A DNA stretch of 64,000 nucleotides from NCBI GenBank assembly GCA_036229005.1, contig JAZAMN010000032.1, positions 25,661 to 89,660 of the forward strand, written 5' to 3'. This document shows, piece after piece, positions 18,704 to 28,699 of the stretch (its first letter is position 1; each line of letters starts with the position of its first letter). Below the pieces are notes generated by a model. It saw only the letters and a program-made list of their open reading frames with translations. It was not told the DNA's origin and ran no database searches. The position numbers and the translations under genes were made by a program. Source of the DNA: Myxococcota bacterium. Its GTDB lineage: Bacteria > Myxococcota_A > UBA796 > CAJQPC01.

Positions 18704-19654
18704 TCAGCCCAGGATCGCCTCGATCCGCGCCATCACCTCGTCGCTGAGCTGCTCGATGACGGGCAGGGCCGCCAGGTTCTCGTGCACCTGCTCCACGCGG
18801 CTCGCGCCGGTGATCACGGTGGACACGTGGGGGTGCTTGGCGCACCAGGCCAGGGCGAGCTGAGCGCGCGTGCAGCCCAGTTCCTGCGCCACCGCCGCGA
18901 GCGCCTTGACCTTCTCGATGCGGCCGGGGGCCAGCACCAGCTCCTGCAGCCACTCCTCGTTCGCCAGGCGGGAGCCCTCGGGGATGCCGTCGTCGTACTT
19001 GCCCGTCAGCAGGCCGCTGGCCAGGGGGCTCCAGATGGTCGTTCCCAGGCCGTGATCGCGCACGTGGGCGGCCAGCTCGGTCTCCACGCGCTCCCGGTGG
19101 AACATGTTGTACTGGGGCTGCTCCATCGTGGGCGGCTCCAGGTTGTAGCGCTCGGCCACCGCGTAGGCCTCGGCGAGCTGCTCGGCGTTCCACTCGCTGG
19201 TGCCCCAGTAGAGCACCTTGCCCTGCTGGATCAGCGTGTCCATGGTCCGCACCGTCTCCAGCACCGGGGTGTCGGGGTCCGGCCGGTGGCAGAAGTACAG
19301 GTCCAGGTAGTCCACCTGCAGCCGCCGCAGCGCCGCGTGGCAGGCCTCGGTCACGTGCTTGCGGTTCAGGCCCACGTCGTTGGGGCCGTCGCCGCCCCAG
19401 AACACCTTGGAGGAGATCACCAGGTCCGTGCGCGGCAGCTCCGCGAGCACCTTGCCCACGACCTCCTCGGCCTGGCCCGCCGCGTAGGCCTCGGCGTTGT
19501 CGAAGAAGTTGACCCCGCCCTCATACGCCGCCAGCAGGCAGTCCCGGGCGGCGCTGATGTCCTGGTGGTTCCCGTAGGTGACCCAGCTCCCGATGGAGAA
19601 GGTGGAGACCTTGAGGCCGGACTGGCCCAGGCGGCGGTAGCTCATCTCAGACAT
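18704..19654 (-). CDS. Aldo/keto reductase (Kv-beta-like)
   Basis: [45 protein letters not shown]. Confidence 0.93.
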   Translation of the reverse strand: MSEMSYRRLGQSGLKVSTFSIGSWVTYGNHQDISAARDCLLAAYEGGVNFFDNAEAYAAGQAEEVVGKVLAELPRTDLVISSKVFWGGDGPNDVGLNRKHVTEACHAALRRLQVDYLDLYFCHRPDPDTPVLETVRTMDTLIQQGKVLYWGTSEWNAEQLAEAYAVAERYNLEPPTMEQPQYNMFHRERVETELAAHVRDHGLGTTIWSPLASGLLTGKYDDGIPEGSRLANEEWLQELVLAPGRIEKVKALAAVAQELGCTRAQLALAWCAKHPHVSTVITGASRVEQVHENLAALPVIEQLSDEVMARIEAILG

Positions 19655-19699
19655 GGGGGGGTGCTCCTGACTCGTTGGGACTGGTGTATGCCAGCGAGG

Positions 19700-20686
19700 T
19701 CACCGGGTCGCTGATCCATCCGGGGATCCGCCCGCAGACCACCGCGCCATCGCGATCTCGCCCACGATCCCGCTGGCGCACTGGGTGCCCTGGAACGCGG
19801 CCTGGGCCAGCCCGGCGAAGCCCATGCGCACGTCCCCCGCCAGGTAGATCCCTGGTCGGCTGCTCTGGCCCATCGGCTGGGAGACCGCGACGGGCCAGCC
19901 GGCCATGGGGTGGGGCTCGGTCTCCAGGCCGAGCTGGGCCAGCAGGGGGTTGGGCTGGGCATAGGCGCCCCCCACAAAGCCGGCGTCGCGCGGGATGCGC
20001 CGACCGCCCTCCAGCACCACGGCGCGGAGCTGACCGTCCTGGTGCTCCAGGGCCTGGATGGGCGCGAGCTCCACCGGGATGTCCCGGGCGGCCAGGGCCT
20101 CCCGCAGCTCGGGGGCCACGGGCTGCCCGTTCGCGAACCAGGTGAGCTGGGGGGACGACAGGGTGCGGATCATGGCCAGGTAGTGCTCCAGCAGGGCCGG
20201 CTCGCTGCCCAGGGTGAACACCGCCAGGGCGTCTGTGCGGTGCTCGAAGCCATCGCAGAAGGGGCAGGGGAACACCGAGCGGCCGTAGACCGCCTCCAGG
20301 TCGGGGATGCCCACCCGGGACAGGTCGTCCTGCATGCCGACCGCCAGGATCACGCGCCGGGCGGTGTGCTGCTCGCCCTGGGCGTCCTGGGCGGTGAAGG
20401 TCCGGGCGGCGTCGGTCTGCGTGCTGGTGTCCTCGTCGATGCGCAGGACCTTGCGGTTGAGGTAGCGGACGGAGGGGTAGCGGTGGAGCTGGGTCTTCGC
20501 GGCGTCCAGGAGCTCCCCCGGAGAAGCCCCATCGCGCGTGTAGAGGTTGTGGGAGGCCTTGACCATGCGGTTCCGGGGGCGCTCGGCGCTGAGCACCAGG
20601 GTGTCCAGGCTGGCGCGGCCCAGGGTGAGGGCGGCGGACATGGCGGCGGGGCCGCTACCGACGATCAGGACGTCCTGGATGGGCAT
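19700..20686 (-). CDS. NAD(P)/FAD-dependent oxidoreductase (thioredoxin-reductase-like)
   Basis: IVGSGPAA, CPFCDGFE, IYLAGD. Confidence 0.9.
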   Translation of the reverse strand: MPIQDVLIVGSGPAAMSAALTLGRASLDTLVLSAERPRNRMVKASHNLYTRDGASPGELLDAAKTQLHRYPSVRYLNRKVLRIDEDTSTQTDAARTFTAQDAQGEQHTARRVILAVGMQDDLSRVGIPDLEAVYGRSVFPCPFCDGFEHRTDALAVFTLGSEPALLEHYLAMIRTLSSPQLTWFANGQPVAPELREALAARDIPVELAPIQALEHQDGQLRAVVLEGGRRIPRDAGFVGGAYAQPNPLLAQLGLETEPHPMAGWPVAVSQPMGQSSRPGIYLAGDVRMGFAGLAQAAFQGTQCASGIVGEIAMARWSAGGSPDGSATR

Positions 20687-20704
20687 GGAGGGCTCCTCTT
20701 TTGA

Positions 20705-20747
20705 GCAACTTTTGTTGTTACGCTTATCGCGTAGCTTTTGTAGTTAC
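20705..20747. promoter_or_regulatory. Tandem operator sites, probably for the adjacent Rrf2 regulator
   Basis: GCAAC-TTTTGTT-GTTAC (20705-20721) and GTAGC-TTTTGTA-GTTAC (20731-20747) in an AT-rich divergent gap. Confidence 0.6.
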
Positions 20748-20813
20748 ATGATTGGGCGCGGTCAAGCCCCCCGCCGCTCAAGGCGGATAGAGGCCCCGCA
20801 GCCCCGGACGGAA

Positions 20814-21278
20814 ATGCGCAAGGACACCCGCCTCTCCCGCAGCCTGCACGTGCTGATCCACATGGCGGATCAGCAGCCCATGACCTCCGCCCAGATCGCG
20901 CGGATCCTGCAGACCAACTCGGTGGTGGTGCGGCGCACCATGGCGGGGCTGCGCGAGGCGGGGCTGGTGGAGTCCAAGGGTGGACGCGGCGGGGGCTGGA
21001 GCCTGCTGCGCGGCCTGGAGGCGATCACCCTGCTGGAGGTACACAACGCGGTCTCGGGGGACGCGCTCTTCTGCATCGGCTGGGGGTCGGAGCACAGCGG
21101 CTGCCTGGTGGAGGCCGCGGTCAACCAGCACATCGGGGAGGCGCTTGAGGCGGCGGAGGCGCTGCTGCTGGAGCGCCTGGGCGCGGTCACCCTGGCGCAG
21201 ATCCGGGCGGACATGGACTCCGAGCAGTGGGCGGGCTTCCGGGCGGCCCTCAGCGGACCTGAAGCTCCGCGAACTTGA
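20814..21278 (+). CDS. Rrf2-family transcriptional regulator
   Basis: LSRSLHVLIHM, TSAQIA...TNSVVVRR, S.GG.GGGW.L, ITLLEV. Confidence 0.92.
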   Translation: MRKDTRLSRSLHVLIHMADQQPMTSAQIARILQTNSVVVRRTMAGLREAGLVESKGGRGGGWSLLRGLEAITLLEVHNAVSGDALFCIGWGSEHSGCLVEAAVNQHIGEALEAAEALLLERLGAVTLAQIRADMDSEQWAGFRAALSGPEAPRT

Positions 21279-21876
21279 GCCAGGTGTGGCCGTCGGTGGA
21301 GATGCGCTCGGTGGCCAGGTAGAGCGGCCCGACGCGCTTGTAGCCGGTCCAGGAGAAGCGCCCGGACTCGCCGCTGCTCAGGCGGAACTCCAGGTCCTGG
21401 ACGCTGCCGTCCGCGTTGAGCTGGTACCAGTAGTGGTCGCCCCAGCGGATCAGGGCCTCTTCCCCAAACTCCAGGTGCAACCTTCCGTCCTCACTGACGG
21501 TGCTCACGGCGGCGGGGTGCTGCGCCTCGCAGGCGGCGAGCAGGCGGAAGGTGTCGTGGGCCCAGTGCTGGTAGGCCTGGATGGCCAGCTCCGGGGAGGC
21601 CTCGGACGCGATGTAGGGGCTGAGCTGGGTGAGCTCGACGCGGTGCTCGCCCCAGGTGACCGTGGCGGTGTTCTTGCGGGGGGACCACTCCACGCTGCGG
21701 CTGTCCGTGAGCACGCCGTCGACCCGCGTCTCCAGGGTGAAGGCCAGGTAGGCCAGGTTCTCCGGATCGCCGCAGTGGGTGGTGGCTTTGGCCGCCAGGA
21801 CCCCAGGCGTCGGGGGTGACGGAGCCTCGGGGACCCCCTCGGGGGCCGTCAGCAGCAGCAGGGGGAACAGTGACAC
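21250..21876 (-). CDS. Hypothetical exported protein
   Basis: Hydrophobic N-terminus (VSLFPLLLLTA); TACCTT lies 7 nt upstream of the GTG. Confidence 0.6.
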   Translation of the reverse strand: MSLFPLLLLTAPEGVPEAPSPPTPGVLAAKATTHCGDPENLAYLAFTLETRVDGVLTDSRSVEWSPRKNTATVTWGEHRVELTQLSPYIASEASPELAIQAYQHWAHDTFRLLAACEAQHPAAVSTVSEDGRLHLEFGEEALIRWGDHYWYQLNADGSVQDLEFRLSSGESGRFSWTGYKRVGPLYLATERISTDGHTWLKFAELQVR

Positions 21877-21947
21877 AGCCCATAAGGTAGCGCGCCCGCC
21901 ACACTCTGGGGGCGCCAAGTGGGCGATGCAGGCGCTAAGATGGCGGC

Positions 21948-23210
21948 GTGAACCTCTCCCGACGACACCTCCTGGGGCTCGGGGCGGCGGGCCTGCTCCT
22001 GCCGCGGCCCGTGCTCTCTGCGCCCAACGCCGCAGGACGCCGCTTCCTGTTCATCCACTGCGACGGCGGCTGGGACCCGGCCTTTGTGTTCGTGCCCGAG
22101 CTGCTGGGCAAGATCGACCACGAAGGAGACGTGACGGCGTCGGAGATCGCGGGCGTGCCCTTCATCGACAGCCCCACGCGGGCACCCGTGCGCCAGTTTC
22201 TGGAGAAGTACGGCGCCCAGACCGCCGTGCTCAACGGGATGGAGGTGCGCTCCATCACCCACGAGCGCTGCCGCCGCATCATCCTGACCGGCAGCGGCGA
22301 GGGCTCCACCGACGACTGGCCCTCGATCCTGGCGGCCCATTCGTCCGCCGGCCTGCTGCTGCCCCACCTGGTCATGGACGGGCACGCCTTCAACTCCCTG
22401 CACGCCGATCAGGTGGTGCGGGTGGGCGACGAAGGCCAGCTCCCCGCCCTGCTCAGCGGCGACGCCCTGAACTACCGCGCCGAGGGTGTGGTCCGCCCCC
22501 CCGCCGAGTCCATCGAGGACGCCTTCCTGCGGGAGCACGTCAGCGCCCTGGCCCAGAGCGCGAACACCCAGGCGGAGGCCAACTTCTACCAGCGCTACGC
22601 CACGGTGCTGGAGGCCAACCACCAGCTCCAGTCGGCCGGCGCGGACCTGAACCTGGACCCCGACAAGCTGGGCTGCGAGCGCGACCTGCTCGAGGACGCG
22701 GCCACCATCTTCGACTGCTTCGAGCGCGACCTCTCCCGCTGCGGGATGATGGCCTACAACGGCTGGTGCGCCGAGGGCTGGGACACCCACCAGAACCTGC
22801 CCAAGCAGGGCCTGAACTTCCACGACCTCTTCGTGTATCTGACCGGCATCCTGGACGACCTCCAGGAGCGCAAGGCCCCGGACGGCAGCCCCCTGGCCGA
22901 CTCCACGACCGTCGTGGTGTTCTCCGAGATGGGCCGCGCGCCCCTGCTGAACACCTGGGGCGGCAAGGACCACTGGACCTTCACCTCGTGCATGCTCATC
23001 GGCTCCGGGATCCGCGGGGGCCAGGCGGTCGGAGCGTTGGACGACCAGGCCCGAGGCGCCGCGATCGACCTCAGCTCCGGGGCCGCCTTCGAGAGCGGGA
23101 CCCGCCTGACCGCCTCCAACCTGGGCGCCACCCTGCTGGCCCTGGGGGACGTGGACCCCGGCGACTACACCGACTCCGCTCCCCTGACGGCCGTGATGGA
23201 GGGCGCGTGA
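21948..23210 (+). CDS. DUF1501-family Tat-exported protein
   Basis: SRRHLL Tat motif, GGWDP, GWDTH, VVFSEMGRAP, KDHW. Confidence 0.85.
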   Translation: MNLSRRHLLGLGAAGLLLPRPVLSAPNAAGRRFLFIHCDGGWDPAFVFVPELLGKIDHEGDVTASEIAGVPFIDSPTRAPVRQFLEKYGAQTAVLNGMEVRSITHERCRRIILTGSGEGSTDDWPSILAAHSSAGLLLPHLVMDGHAFNSLHADQVVRVGDEGQLPALLSGDALNYRAEGVVRPPAESIEDAFLREHVSALAQSANTQAEANFYQRYATVLEANHQLQSAGADLNLDPDKLGCERDLLEDAATIFDCFERDLSRCGMMAYNGWCAEGWDTHQNLPKQGLNFHDLFVYLTGILDDLQERKAPDGSPLADSTTVVVFSEMGRAPLLNTWGGKDHWTFTSCMLIGSGIRGGQAVGALDDQARGAAIDLSSGAAFESGTRLTASNLGATLLALGDVDPGDYTDSAPLTAVMEGA

Positions 23211-23533
23211 TGCTGGCCCTGCTGCTGGCCTGTGGGCACCCCGCGGACACGGCCGACACCGCCTCAAGCTGCGGCGATGACACCGTGAGCTGGCAGAGCT
23301 TCGGCCACGGCTTCTTCCTGACCTACTGCAACGCCTGCCACTCCCAAGACAGCGAGACCCGCCACGGGGCCCCTCCCGGCGTGGACTTCGACACCCTGGA
23401 GCAGGCCAAGAGCCAGAGCGAGCGGATCCGCGTGCGCGTGCTGGACCAGCAGGACATGCCCCTGGGGGGCGGGGTGTCGGAAGCGGATCTGCTGCTGCTC
23501 GACGCCTGGTTGTGCACCATGGAGGCCCAGTGA
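23210..23533 (+). CDS. Monoheme c-type cytochrome lipoprotein
   Basis: MLALLLAC; YCNACHS heme motif; distal DMP. Confidence 0.8.
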   Translation: MLALLLACGHPADTADTASSCGDDTVSWQSFGHGFFLTYCNACHSQDSETRHGAPPGVDFDTLEQAKSQSERIRVRVLDQQDMPLGGGVSEADLLLLDAWLCTMEAQ

Positions 23534-24363
23534 TCGCCCTGCTCCTGGCCTGCACCGTGGACACCAGCGAGGTCACCTCGTCTGCGGACACAGCCCTGCC
23601 GAGTGTGGAGCGCCCAGCGGCCCAAGCGGTGTGGGACGCGGCGACGACCGAGCAGGTCCTCTCCGAGACCCTGGCCGAAGGCTTCCCGTCTCCCTGGCGC
23701 GGCATCGAGCTCTACTTCGAGATGCTCACCCACGGCGACGCCTACTGCCCGGCCAGCACGGAGTTCATCGACGACCAGTTCGTCAACGGCTGCGACGCCT
23801 CGACGGGGTGGTGGTACTCGGGGGTGTCGACCTGGGAGACCGGCCAGGAGCCCGTCGACGAGATGACGGTGGAGTACGCGGCGGCCGTGGGCGACTACCT
23901 GGTGCTGGACCCGGACGGGCAGCAGTTCGAGTGCGGCGGACACCAGGCCACGGGCGTGGTGCGGGACAGCTCGGGGCAGGCCCAGGAGGTGTTCGCGGAG
24001 CACAAGGGCTCGTTCTGGTGGGAGGGCGATGACGGCGTCTACCGGGACCCGGTGAGCGGCGCCCTGAACCTGTCGCTGCGCCAATCCCCGGACGGACGGC
24101 GCATGGAGATGAGCGGCGCGCTGCAGGTGCTGGGGACCTCGACCTACGTGGACGGGGTGTTCAGCGAGTCCTGCGATTGGCAGCTCTCCGAAGGCTCGAT
24201 GCGCGTCCGGGACCCCTCGGGCGGCTGGATCACCTGGACGCCGGAGCCCTGCACCTCCTGCGGGCCGATCCACTTCTCCGACGGGACCGCGCTCGGAGAG
24301 ATCTGTGTGGACACCACGGCCATGGTGATGGCCCAGAGCCAAGCGCTGGAGCTGCTCCAATGA
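23530..24363 (+). CDS. Hypothetical lipoprotein
   Basis: (M)IALLLAC; overlapping start/stop coupling within the operon. Confidence 0.65.
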   Translation: MIALLLACTVDTSEVTSSADTALPSVERPAAQAVWDAATTEQVLSETLAEGFPSPWRGIELYFEMLTHGDAYCPASTEFIDDQFVNGCDASTGWWYSGVSTWETGQEPVDEMTVEYAAAVGDYLVLDPDGQQFECGGHQATGVVRDSSGQAQEVFAEHKGSFWWEGDDGVYRDPVSGALNLSLRQSPDGRRMEMSGALQVLGTSTYVDGVFSESCDWQLSEGSMRVRDPSGGWITWTPEPCTSCGPIHFSDGTALGEICVDTTAMVMAQSQALELLQ

Positions 24364-25934
24364 CCCTGCTCCTCTGGCTGGCCTGCGGCGGCCCCACCCC
24401 CCAGGACAGCGCCCCCGTCTCCGCCCAGGTGGAGCAGCTCGACGCCCCGCGCCTGCTGCGCCGCGCGAGCCTGGACCTGCGCGGAAAGCTCCCGAGCAAC
24501 GCCGAGCTCTGGCTGGTCGAACAGGACCCCGACGCCTACCCCGAGCTGGTGGCCGAGTACCTGGAGGACCCCGCGTTCGAGGACCGCATGGTCGAGCTGC
24601 TGCAGGAGCGGTGGTGGACCAAGGTGGACATCTTCGACGTGCCGCCCAGCGACTACTTCCTGCCCAGCTCCCAGGAGTTCCCCTACGCCCAGTCCGTGGG
24701 CGAAGAACCCCTGCGCCTGATGGCCCACGTGATCGCGAACGACCGGCCCTACACGGAGATCGTGACCGCCGACTACACGATGGCCAACGAGCTGCTGGCG
24801 GAGATCTGGCCCCTGGAGCGCGAAGCCGGCGAGGGCTGGACGCAGGCCACCTATGTGGACGGGCGACCGGGGGTGGGCGTGCTGTCCACGAACGGGCTGT
24901 GGTGGCGCTACACGACCACCGACTCCAACATGAACCGCAGCCGGGCGACGGCCATGGCGCGGCTGCTGCTCTGCGCCGACTACCTGGGCCGCCCCATCTC
25001 CTTCTCCGAGGGAGAGGAGGTCGTCGCGGTCGAGGACGCCGTCAAGAACGACCCCTACTGCCTGGCCTGCCACGCGACCATCGACCCGCTGGCGGCCAAC
25101 CTCTTTGGCTTCTGGTGGCTGAGCCTGTATTCGCGGGTCGAAGAGGAGAGCTACCACCCCGAGCGCGAGTCCCTGGCCGAGGACTTCCTGGGCGTGAACC
25201 CGGCCTACTTCGGCACCCCCATCGCCGGCCTCAGCGAGCTGGGCTGGGCGATGAGCCAGGACCCGCGCTTCTACTCCTGCGCGGTGGACAGCACCGCCGA
25301 GCTGCTCTGGCGGCGCCCCCTCACGGCCCAGGACCGCGCCACCCTGGAGCCGCTGCGCCAGGACTTCGTGGATCAGGGCGCGCTGCTCAAGCCCCTGATG
25401 GCCGAGCTGCTCCAGGCGGAGGCCTACGGGGCGGCCCCGGACAGCGCGCTGCACAACGGGGAGCTGCGCATGATGCCGCCCTCGATGCTGGAGAGCGCCC
25501 TCTACCAGGTCACCGGGTTCGCCTGGACCGAGAACGGCTACGCCCAGCTCCAGAACGATGTCTACGGCTACCGCATCCTGGCGGGCGGCGTGGACGGCTA
25601 CGCGGTGACCGAGCCCCAGACCCGCCCGGGCCTGCCCTGGGCCCTGGTGACCAAGCGCTCCGCCGAGATCGCGGCCTCCAAGACCCTGACCCAGGCCCAG
25701 GACGGCATGGGGCTGCTGGGCCACGCGCCGCTGCAGGAGGGCACCGCGAGCGGGGAGTTCGAAGCCGTGGTGGAGGAGACCTTCTTCAGGCTCACCGCCG
25801 TGCACCTGACCCCCTCGGAGCTCGACAGCTACGCCGGTCTCTGGGACGAGGTCAACGCGCAGGACGGCCCCGAGGCCGCCTGGCAGGTGCTGTTCACGGT
25901 GATGCTGCGGGACCCGCGCTTCCTGACCTACTGA
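24360..25934 (+). CDS. DUF1549/DUF1585/DUF1588-like cytochrome c lipoprotein (usual DUF1501 partner)
   Basis: LLRRASLDLRG.LP, DRPY.EIVTADY, CLACHATIDP, C-terminal DPRFL.Y. Confidence 0.75.
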   Translation: MTLLLWLACGGPTPQDSAPVSAQVEQLDAPRLLRRASLDLRGKLPSNAELWLVEQDPDAYPELVAEYLEDPAFEDRMVELLQERWWTKVDIFDVPPSDYFLPSSQEFPYAQSVGEEPLRLMAHVIANDRPYTEIVTADYTMANELLAEIWPLEREAGEGWTQATYVDGRPGVGVLSTNGLWWRYTTTDSNMNRSRATAMARLLLCADYLGRPISFSEGEEVVAVEDAVKNDPYCLACHATIDPLAANLFGFWWLSLYSRVEEESYHPERESLAEDFLGVNPAYFGTPIAGLSELGWAMSQDPRFYSCAVDSTAELLWRRPLTAQDRATLEPLRQDFVDQGALLKPLMAELLQAEAYGAAPDSALHNGELRMMPPSMLESALYQVTGFAWTENGYAQLQNDVYGYRILAGGVDGYAVTEPQTRPGLPWALVTKRSAEIAASKTLTQAQDGMGLLGHAPLQEGTASGEFEAVVEETFFRLTAVHLTPSELDSYAGLWDEVNAQDGPEAAWQVLFTVMLRDPRFLTY

Positions 25935-25956
25935 GCGGCGCCCCGAGCCCCGCGCA

Positions 25957-26931
25957 TCAGCGGGTGACGGTGAAGCTGCCGGTGTAGTCGACCGTGTAGC
26001 CCGAGTAGACCGTGGTGCCGCTGACGCTGCCCTCCAGGGTGCCGCCCTTGGCGCTGGTGAACCCGCCGGTCCAGCTATCGCTGATCAGCCCGCCCACGTC
26101 GATGGTGCCGGAGGCCGAGTCGTCCGAGAAGAGCTCGCCGTCCACCGTGGCGGTCTGGGAGCCGATGATGCTGGCCAGGATGCCCGAGAAGGAGCAGCTC
26201 ATGGTGCCGTCGATCTGGGGGGTGTCCGCCTCGGCCACGTCGATGGTGGCGGTGCCGCTGCAGGTGTCACTGACCCCCAGCGAGGAGGCGGTGACCTTGA
26301 GCTCCATGGTGCCCGAGTAGCTGCCGTCCCAGCCCGCGCCGCCGCACTCATCCCACACGCTGGGGTCGCCATCGTCGCAGTCGTCGTTGTTGTCGACGTA
26401 GCTGTCCCAGGGATCACAGGCGGCCAGCCTGGCGTCGCCGGTCCCGTAGCCGTCGCCGTCCGCGTCCTCCCACCAACTCCCATAGGTGGCCGGATCCACG
26501 CCGCTGTCATCGTCGTCAGCGAGGCCATTGCAGTCCTCGTCCAGGTCGTCGGGGTCGCAGACCTCCTGGGCGTCGGGGTTCACCAGGGGGTTGGTGTCGT
26601 CGCAGTCCAGGCCGTTGTCGACCGCGTTCAGTGGCACCTCGCAGGCGGACACGGTCTCCGAGGAGCCGAAGCCGTCCCCGTCCATGTCCAGGTGGTAGGC
26701 CACGGTGTCGATGGCCCCATTGTCCACCTCTCCGTCGCAGTCGTTGTCGACGCCGTCGCACACCTCATCGGCGCCGGGCGTGCGGAGGGGGTCGTCATCG
26801 TCGCAGTCCTCGCCCTCCGGGGAGCCGTCCTGGTCCGCGTCCACGACCCCGGGATCGCTGTCTCCGGGGAGGGTGGCGGTGTCGTCCAGACTCACGGAAC
26901 CGCCGGCGCAGGCCAGAAGCATCAACAGCAT
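25957..26931 (-). CDS. Lipoprotein with putative metal-binding (MopE-related) repeats
   Basis: DCDDDDP..PGA.EVCDGVDNDCDG and D.DGDG[FY]G repeats. Confidence 0.8.
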   Translation of the reverse strand: MLLMLLACAGGSVSLDDTATLPGDSDPGVVDADQDGSPEGEDCDDDDPLRTPGADEVCDGVDNDCDGEVDNGAIDTVAYHLDMDGDGFGSSETVSACEVPLNAVDNGLDCDDTNPLVNPDAQEVCDPDDLDEDCNGLADDDDSGVDPATYGSWWEDADGDGYGTGDARLAACDPWDSYVDNNDDCDDGDPSVWDECGGAGWDGSYSGTMELKVTASSLGVSDTCSGTATIDVAEADTPQIDGTMSCSFSGILASIIGSQTATVDGELFSDDSASGTIDVGGLISDSWTGGFTSAKGGTLEGSVSGTTVYSGYTVDYTGSFTVTR

Positions 26932-26995
26932 GGGAGCTCTCCTTTGGCGCCCAGCATGACCGGCGATGGGGGCCTTGGCAAGATAGGCTCCCGCC

Positions 26996-27586
26996 ATGCC
27001 CTTCGGTCTGCTGCACGCCCTGCTGTGGGGCCTCTCCTCCGCGATCGCCCTGCTCTGGTGGGGGACCCCCTCGCCCGGGCTGCTCGCCGCGGTGCTCCTG
27101 ACCCCCGCCCTGCCCGCCGGCCTCAGCAAGCGCTGGACCTGGTGGCCAGCCTCCCTGGTGGGTCCCATCGCGGCCCTGCTGCTGTTCTCGGCGACCATCG
27201 CGACCGTCCCCCGGGTCCTGTCGCTCCCCCCGGTCGAGGACCCCCTGGCGGCCGAGAGCTCCCTGGCCCTGGACATGCTGGCGGCGGCCATCCTGGTGTC
27301 CGGCTTCGTCGCTCCCCCGCTGGAGGCCCTGGTGCAGCGCGCGACCCTGCGTCCCCAGACACCGGAGCGGCTCTTCTCGCGGCTCGTTCAGGCGAACTAC
27401 ATCGCCGTGGGCGCGGCGGTGGGCCTGCTGGCGATTCTCTGGCAGCTTCCTCTGGATCGGCTGACCGAGTGGTCCCCCACGCTGACCCCGCCGCGGGTCG
27501 CGACGGTGCTGGTGGCGGCCCTGATCGGCGGCGTTCGCGGCGGCAGCTTCCACCGAGTGCTGCGGGACCTCCCAAAAGGGGGATAG
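26996..27586 (+). CDS. Hypothetical multi-pass membrane protein
   Basis: Several hydrophobic segments. Confidence 0.65.
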   Translation: MPFGLLHALLWGLSSAIALLWWGTPSPGLLAAVLLTPALPAGLSKRWTWWPASLVGPIAALLLFSATIATVPRVLSLPPVEDPLAAESSLALDMLAAAILVSGFVAPPLEALVQRATLRPQTPERLFSRLVQANYIAVGAAVGLLAILWQLPLDRLTEWSPTLTPPRVATVLVAALIGGVRGGSFHRVLRDLPKGG

Positions 27587-27595
27587 GGTGGCCCC

Positions 27596-28699
27596 ATGCT
27601 GCTGACACTGCTCCTGGCCTGCACCGAGAACGAGGTGATCGTGCGCGACCGCACGGACACCTTCGCTCAGGACCCCGCCGACAAGGTGGACATCCTGCTC
27701 GTCATCGACAACTCGGCGTCGATGATGCCCTACCAGGAGGAGCTCTCCGGCCACTTCTCCAGCTTCATCCAGGCGTTCACCGAAGCGAACACCGACTACC
27801 ACATCGGCGTGACCTCCACGACCCTGGGCGAGCCCCTGCCCGTCGGGACCTACGGCTGCACCGTGCCCGAGTTCTGGGAGGTCCCGGAGGACGGCGCGCT
27901 GGCCGGTCCGCTGATCATCGCCCCGGGCACCCCCAACGCGGAGCTCCGCTTTGAGCAGCTCGTCCAGCTCGGCACCTGCGGCTCCGGCGCCGAGGCGGGC
28001 CTGGAGGCCGGCTGGCTGGCCCTGAACGACCGGGTGGAGGACGGCAGCAACCGCGGCTTCCTGCGCGAGGACGCCCCCCTGTCCGTGATCTTCGTCTCCG
28101 ACGAGGAGGACAGCTCCCTGCACAGCCCGATCCAGTACGCCCAGATGTTCCAGGAGCTCAAGCGCGGGCACAGCCGGGACGCGTTCGTGGCCTCGGCCCT
28201 GGTGAGCACCACCTCGGACGGGCTGGCCTGCGGGGACATCGAGTACCCGCCGGTCCAGGGCAGCCGCTACATGGAGCTCGCCAACCTGACCGGCGGCGTG
28301 ATCGGGGACATCTGCAGCACCGACTTCGGGCCCATCGTGAGCCAGCTCGGCCTGGCCAGCTCCAGCCTGCTGGACACCTTCTACCTGAGCGAGGACCCCA
28401 ACCCCCTCACCCTCGAGGTCCGCATCGGCGAAGAGGAGCCCATCCCCTGCGAGTCCGGGGTCTGGAGCTACCAGCGCGTGCCCGGTCCCGACAGCGATGA
28501 GCAGCCGGCGATCGTGTTCTCGGCGGACAACCTGCCCGACCCCAGCGCGCAGATCACGGTCTACTACGAGTACGGAAACGGCGACCCCGAGAGCTTCTGC
28601 CCGGACGGCGTGACCCCCACGGACTCCGGCGACAGCGGAGACAGCGGCGACTCGGGCGACAGCGGCGACTCGGGTGACAGCGGAGACAGCGGCGAATGA
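27596..28699 (+). CDS. vWA-like lipoprotein with a C-terminal (DSG)8 tail
   Basis: VDILLVIDNSASM, FLREDA.LSVIFVSDEED. Confidence 0.8.
   Translation: MLLTLLLACTENEVIVRDRTDTFAQDPADKVDILLVIDNSASMMPYQEELSGHFSSFIQAFTEANTDYHIGVTSTTLGEPLPVGTYGCTVPEFWEVPEDGALAGPLIIAPGTPNAELRFEQLVQLGTCGSGAEAGLEAGWLALNDRVEDGSNRGFLREDAPLSVIFVSDEEDSSLHSPIQYAQMFQELKRGHSRDAFVASALVSTTSDGLACGDIEYPPVQGSRYMELANLTGGVIGDICSTDFGPIVSQLGLASSSLLDTFYLSEDPNPLTLEVRIGEEEPIPCESGVWSYQRVPGPDSDEQPAIVFSADNLPDPSAQITVYYEYGNGDPESFCPDGVTPTDSGDSGDSGDSGDSGDSGDSGDSGE
28622..28693 (+). repeat. 9-bp coding tandem repeat, (Asp-Ser-Gly)x8
   Basis: GAC-(TCN/AGC)-GGN eight times, with synonymous variation. Confidence 0.9.
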
